Positions 61,589-64,000 of a DNA stretch of 64,000 nt are shown here, in pieces. Below the pieces are notes generated by a model. The model did no database searches and was not told the origin of the DNA. It worked only from the letters and a program-made list of their open reading frames with translations. Position 1 is the stretch's first letter, and every line of letters begins with the position of its first letter. The DNA comes from an uncultured bacterium. Lineage in GTDB: Bacteria > Abyssobacteria > SURF-5. A program made the position numbers and the translations under genes. The DNA is taken from contig CAZSKP010000009.1 in the NCBI GenBank assembly GCA_964607485.1, positions 1 through 64,000 on the forward strand, read 5' to 3'.

Positions 61589-61695
61589 GACTGATGCCCT
61601 CCGGTTTGTTCGAGAAACCGCGTACTTTCTTCTTTCTTTCTCAACTGTAGCATTCGCAAAGGGGCGGGGCAACGCAGCCGCCCCAAAAAAAGGTC

Positions 61696-61753
61696 TTGAC
61701 AAGAGGGGCGACATGGGGTAATATGTGTATATGTGGACACCTTTCCACCTATA
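61696..61753 (+). promoter_or_regulatory. Promoter and candidate ArsR operator
   Basis: TTGACA-17-TAATAT (61696-61724), then the imperfect palindrome TATAtGTGGA-N6-TCCACcTATA (61728-61753). Confidence 0.65.
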
Positions 61754-61765
61754 GCGGAACCGAAA

Positions 61766-62131
61766 ATGACCACCACCACTCCTAAACGCAGGAAACTGCG
61801 GGATGCGTCGGCGGACGACGTCCAGTATTGTCACGACTATTTCGAGCAGCTCTTCCGCACGAACTTTTTCAAGTGTCTCAACGATGAGACGCGGCAGAAA
61901 ATCATCCTGCTGACCGGCCTCGCCGGCGAGGAGGGGATGTGCGTCGCGGAAATCGCCGGCCACTTCAACCTCGACAGGACCACCGTATCACATCACCTGA
62001 CAATGCTGCGCAACAACAACTTGCTTGAAGTGACCAAGCGGGGCAAGGAAAGGTATTACCGGATGAACGTCGATTACGTGATAGGCGCGGTCGAAGAGGT
62101 CGCGAGGATACTCAAAGCCTGCTGCAAATGA
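61766..62131 (+). CDS. ArsR/SmtB family metalloregulator
   Basis: FFKCLNDETRQKII, MCVAEIA, TVSHHLTMLR, RGKERYY and C-terminal ACCK. Confidence 0.92.
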   Translation: MTTTTPKRRKLRDASADDVQYCHDYFEQLFRTNFFKCLNDETRQKIILLTGLAGEEGMCVAEIAGHFNLDRTTVSHHLTMLRNNNLLEVTKRGKERYYRMNVDYVIGAVEEVARILKACCK

Positions 62132-62153
62132 CCAGCATGGAAGAACCTGCGCC

Positions 62154-63743
62154 ATGTCCTACATCTTCATGAAAATACTCGAACGCAAGCCGGCGACATA
62201 CGACGCCGGAATCGCCAAATACGCCGCCGGCGACTTCGCCGAAGTGCGCGACGAGATGCTTTCGCTCGTGAGCCCCGGCGACCGCGTGCTCGACGTGGGG
62301 TGCGGGCCGGGCGCGTTCGCAGTCGAATGCGCAAAGAGGGGCGCGCGGGTCGATGCGGTCGATATCAATCCGCAGATGCTCTACGTCGCCGACCTGGCAG
62401 CAAAGAAGGCAGGGGTCGAGAACAAAATAACGTTTCAGCATGCATCCGCAACCGACGTCGAGGCCGACCGCGGCGCATTCGACCTCGTCGTCTTTTCTCT
62501 CTCGATGAGCGAGCTCAGAGAGGTCGAGCAGTGGATCGCCATGCATTCCGCGTTCGATTTCTTGAAACCGGGCGGAAGGCTCGTGGTGGCCGACGAGGTC
62601 GTTCCGCAGGCGTTCGCGCAGAGGACGTGGTACCATCTCCGCAGGCTGCCGCTTCTCGCGATAACGTACCTGATAACGCGGACGACCACACGGCCCGTTC
62701 GTGAAATGGAAGAACGGTTTCGCGCGTGCGGCTTCGAGGTCGAGCGGACCGAGGCATATGAACGCGGCAGCCTGAAGCTCGTCGTCGGCCACCGCATGGA
62801 GCGGAGACCCGCGCCGGAGGTCTTATCACCGGACAGGCTGCCGCGATGGGTCGAGACGCTGGGCAAAATTTACAGCTACCTCACGCTGGCGTTCAATGAT
62901 GTCCCCATACGAACCGGCCTGTATAAGTTCGGCAATCCCACGGGGGAATCGCCGGTGCTCGTGACCGCAAACTATCTCTTGACCTTCACGTCGGTCAAGA
63001 AGCATCTCCGGGGGCTGGATTGTTATCTGCTCGTCGTCGATACGCGCGGAATCAATGTGTGGTGCTCGGCGGGGAAGGGCAACTTCTCGGCCGAGGAGAT
63101 TCATACCTCCTTGCGCGCGACACGAGCCGAGGATGTTACCGAAACGCGCAAGCTGATCCTGCCGAAGCTCTCGGCCAACGGCGTCAAGTACCGCGATGTC
63201 GAAAGGCTCAGCGGCTGGAAGGCGGCATTCGGCCCCGTGTATGCGCGGGACATACCCGATTACCTGGCCAACGGCTTTGCCGAGGGCGAACGGATGAAGC
63301 GGGTGAGGTTCGAGCTGGCCGACCGGCTTTGGGTCGGCCCGCCGTTTGCGCTGTTCGTGGCCTTCTGGTTCCTGTTGCCACTGCTGATTTTCCACAGCTT
63401 GTATTCTCCCGCGATCCCGGCCATTGCGCTCGCGGCCGGCCTCATCTTTCCGGCCGCGTTCTATATCCTGCCGACGGACCAGTTCTTCAAGAAAGGGCTG
63501 GTTCTGGGGCTTGCGGGAGCGGTAGGAGCGGGCATCTTGCTGCTCGTTGCGGGCGCGCCAGCCAAGGACATAGTCCAGTGGGCGCTCATCATAGTCGGCG
63601 TCACGATGTTCGTGGCGATAGACTTCTCGGGAATGTCGCCGGTGAGCAATTACAGCAAAATAAGGGAGGAGTATTACGTCGTCCTTCCCTTGTTGGTGTT
63701 GATAGTGATAAGCTATATAGTAGTGAGTTATCTGTGGAGGTGA
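62154..63743 (+). CDS. Class I SAM methyltransferase fused to an HgcA-like corrinoid-binding/transmembrane protein
   Basis: About aa 1-215: VLDVGCGPG, FDLVV, LKPGGRLVVAD. From about aa 250: GLYKFGNP..ESPVLVTANYLLTF, DTRGINVWCSAGKGNF, LILPKLSANGV, FGPVYARDIPDYL, MKRVRF, then about 5 TM helices. Confidence 0.9.
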   Translation: MSYIFMKILERKPATYDAGIAKYAAGDFAEVRDEMLSLVSPGDRVLDVGCGPGAFAVECAKRGARVDAVDINPQMLYVADLAAKKAGVENKITFQHASATDVEADRGAFDLVVFSLSMSELREVEQWIAMHSAFDFLKPGGRLVVADEVVPQAFAQRTWYHLRRLPLLAITYLITRTTTRPVREMEERFRACGFEVERTEAYERGSLKLVVGHRMERRPAPEVLSPDRLPRWVETLGKIYSYLTLAFNDVPIRTGLYKFGNPTGESPVLVTANYLLTFTSVKKHLRGLDCYLLVVDTRGINVWCSAGKGNFSAEEIHTSLRATRAEDVTETRKLILPKLSANGVKYRDVERLSGWKAAFGPVYARDIPDYLANGFAEGERMKRVRFELADRLWVGPPFALFVAFWFLLPLLIFHSLYSPAIPAIALAAGLIFPAAFYILPTDQFFKKGLVLGLAGAVGAGILLLVAGAPAKDIVQWALIIVGVTMFVAIDFSGMSPVSNYSKIREEYYVVLPLLVLIVISYIVVSYLWR

Positions 63744-63748
63744 CGGTA

Positions 63749-64000
63749 ATGATAGCGCTGGATCGGGAAAAATGTGTAGGCTGCGGCGATTGCGCGAACG
63801 TCTGTCCGCAGCAGTGCTACACAATGGGCGACGACCACAAGAGCGTGCATGCATTCCCCGACAGATGCATGGAGTGCGGCGCATGCAGCCTCAACTGCCG
63901 CGCGCAGGCCATCTCGATGGAGGCCGGGCCCGGCTGCATCGTTTACATAATAAAGGAACAGCTGTTCGGCAAAACCGCCGCGGCGGACAGCGAGACCTGT
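63749..64000 (+). CDS. HgcB-like 2[4Fe-4S] ferredoxin, truncated by the window end
   Basis: Not in the ORF track. ATG 63749 after GGAGG: MIALDREKCVGCGDCANVCPQQCYTMGDDHKSVHAFPDRCMECGACSLNCRAQAISMEAGPGCIVYIIKEQLFGKTAAADSETC... Confidence 0.9.
   Translation, partial: MIALDREKCVGCGDCANVCPQQCYTMGDDHKSVHAFPDRCMECGACSLNCRAQAISMEAGPGCIVYIIKEQLFGKTAAADSETC

Noticed and set aside
62154-63743. Assigning the gene symbol hgcA or calling the organism a mercury methylator
   Set aside because: The motif deviates (NVWCSAGK), the architecture is atypical and non-methylating HgcA-like paralogs exist, so function needs phylogeny and assay.

Overview
GC-rich bacterial chromosomal window from a probable anaerobe (flavodiiron protein, tungsten-type AOR, corrinoid protein, TPR lipoproteins); almost all genes from 5.5 to 60 kb are on the minus strand. 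It holds mostly housekeeping genes: nth, tRNA-Ser, tadA, the ffh-rpsP-khpA-rimM-trmD-rplS-rnhB cluster, nrdR, rsmD, recG, an EF-G paralog, hslU, glyA, rpiB, tsaC, rdgB, a frameshifted rph, a ctpA-type protease, an ftsE/ftsX-envC module, a split transketolase and two-component systems. Two visibly AT-rich insertions are present: a 3-gene island with a nitrilase-fold gene between rpiB and glyA, and a lone SNAP/TPR-like gene. A TetR-led catabolic cluster follows (Ald, SCP2, (R)-amine transaminase-like, M24 hydrolase, Isf, fused E1, E2, then AOR-MoaD). The standout is at the right end: an ArsR-led operon in which a class I SAM methyltransferase is fused in-frame to an HgcA-like corrinoid/membrane protein (cap-helix motif NVWCSAGK). 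It is followed directly by an HgcB-like 2[4Fe-4S] ferredoxin (CMECGAC), which is absent from the ORF track and cut by the window end. This is a candidate self-contained SAM-to-cobalamin-to-metal(loid) methylation system. Other oddities: an FtsX-EnvC fusion beside an FtsE with a degenerate ABC signature, tandem paralogous acidic/TM/coiled-coil proteins behind a consensus promoter, a JAB-domain DinG helicase, NrdR boxes in the nrdR promoter, and several short ORFs or gene relics. All calls are by eye from sequence motifs; no database searches were run.
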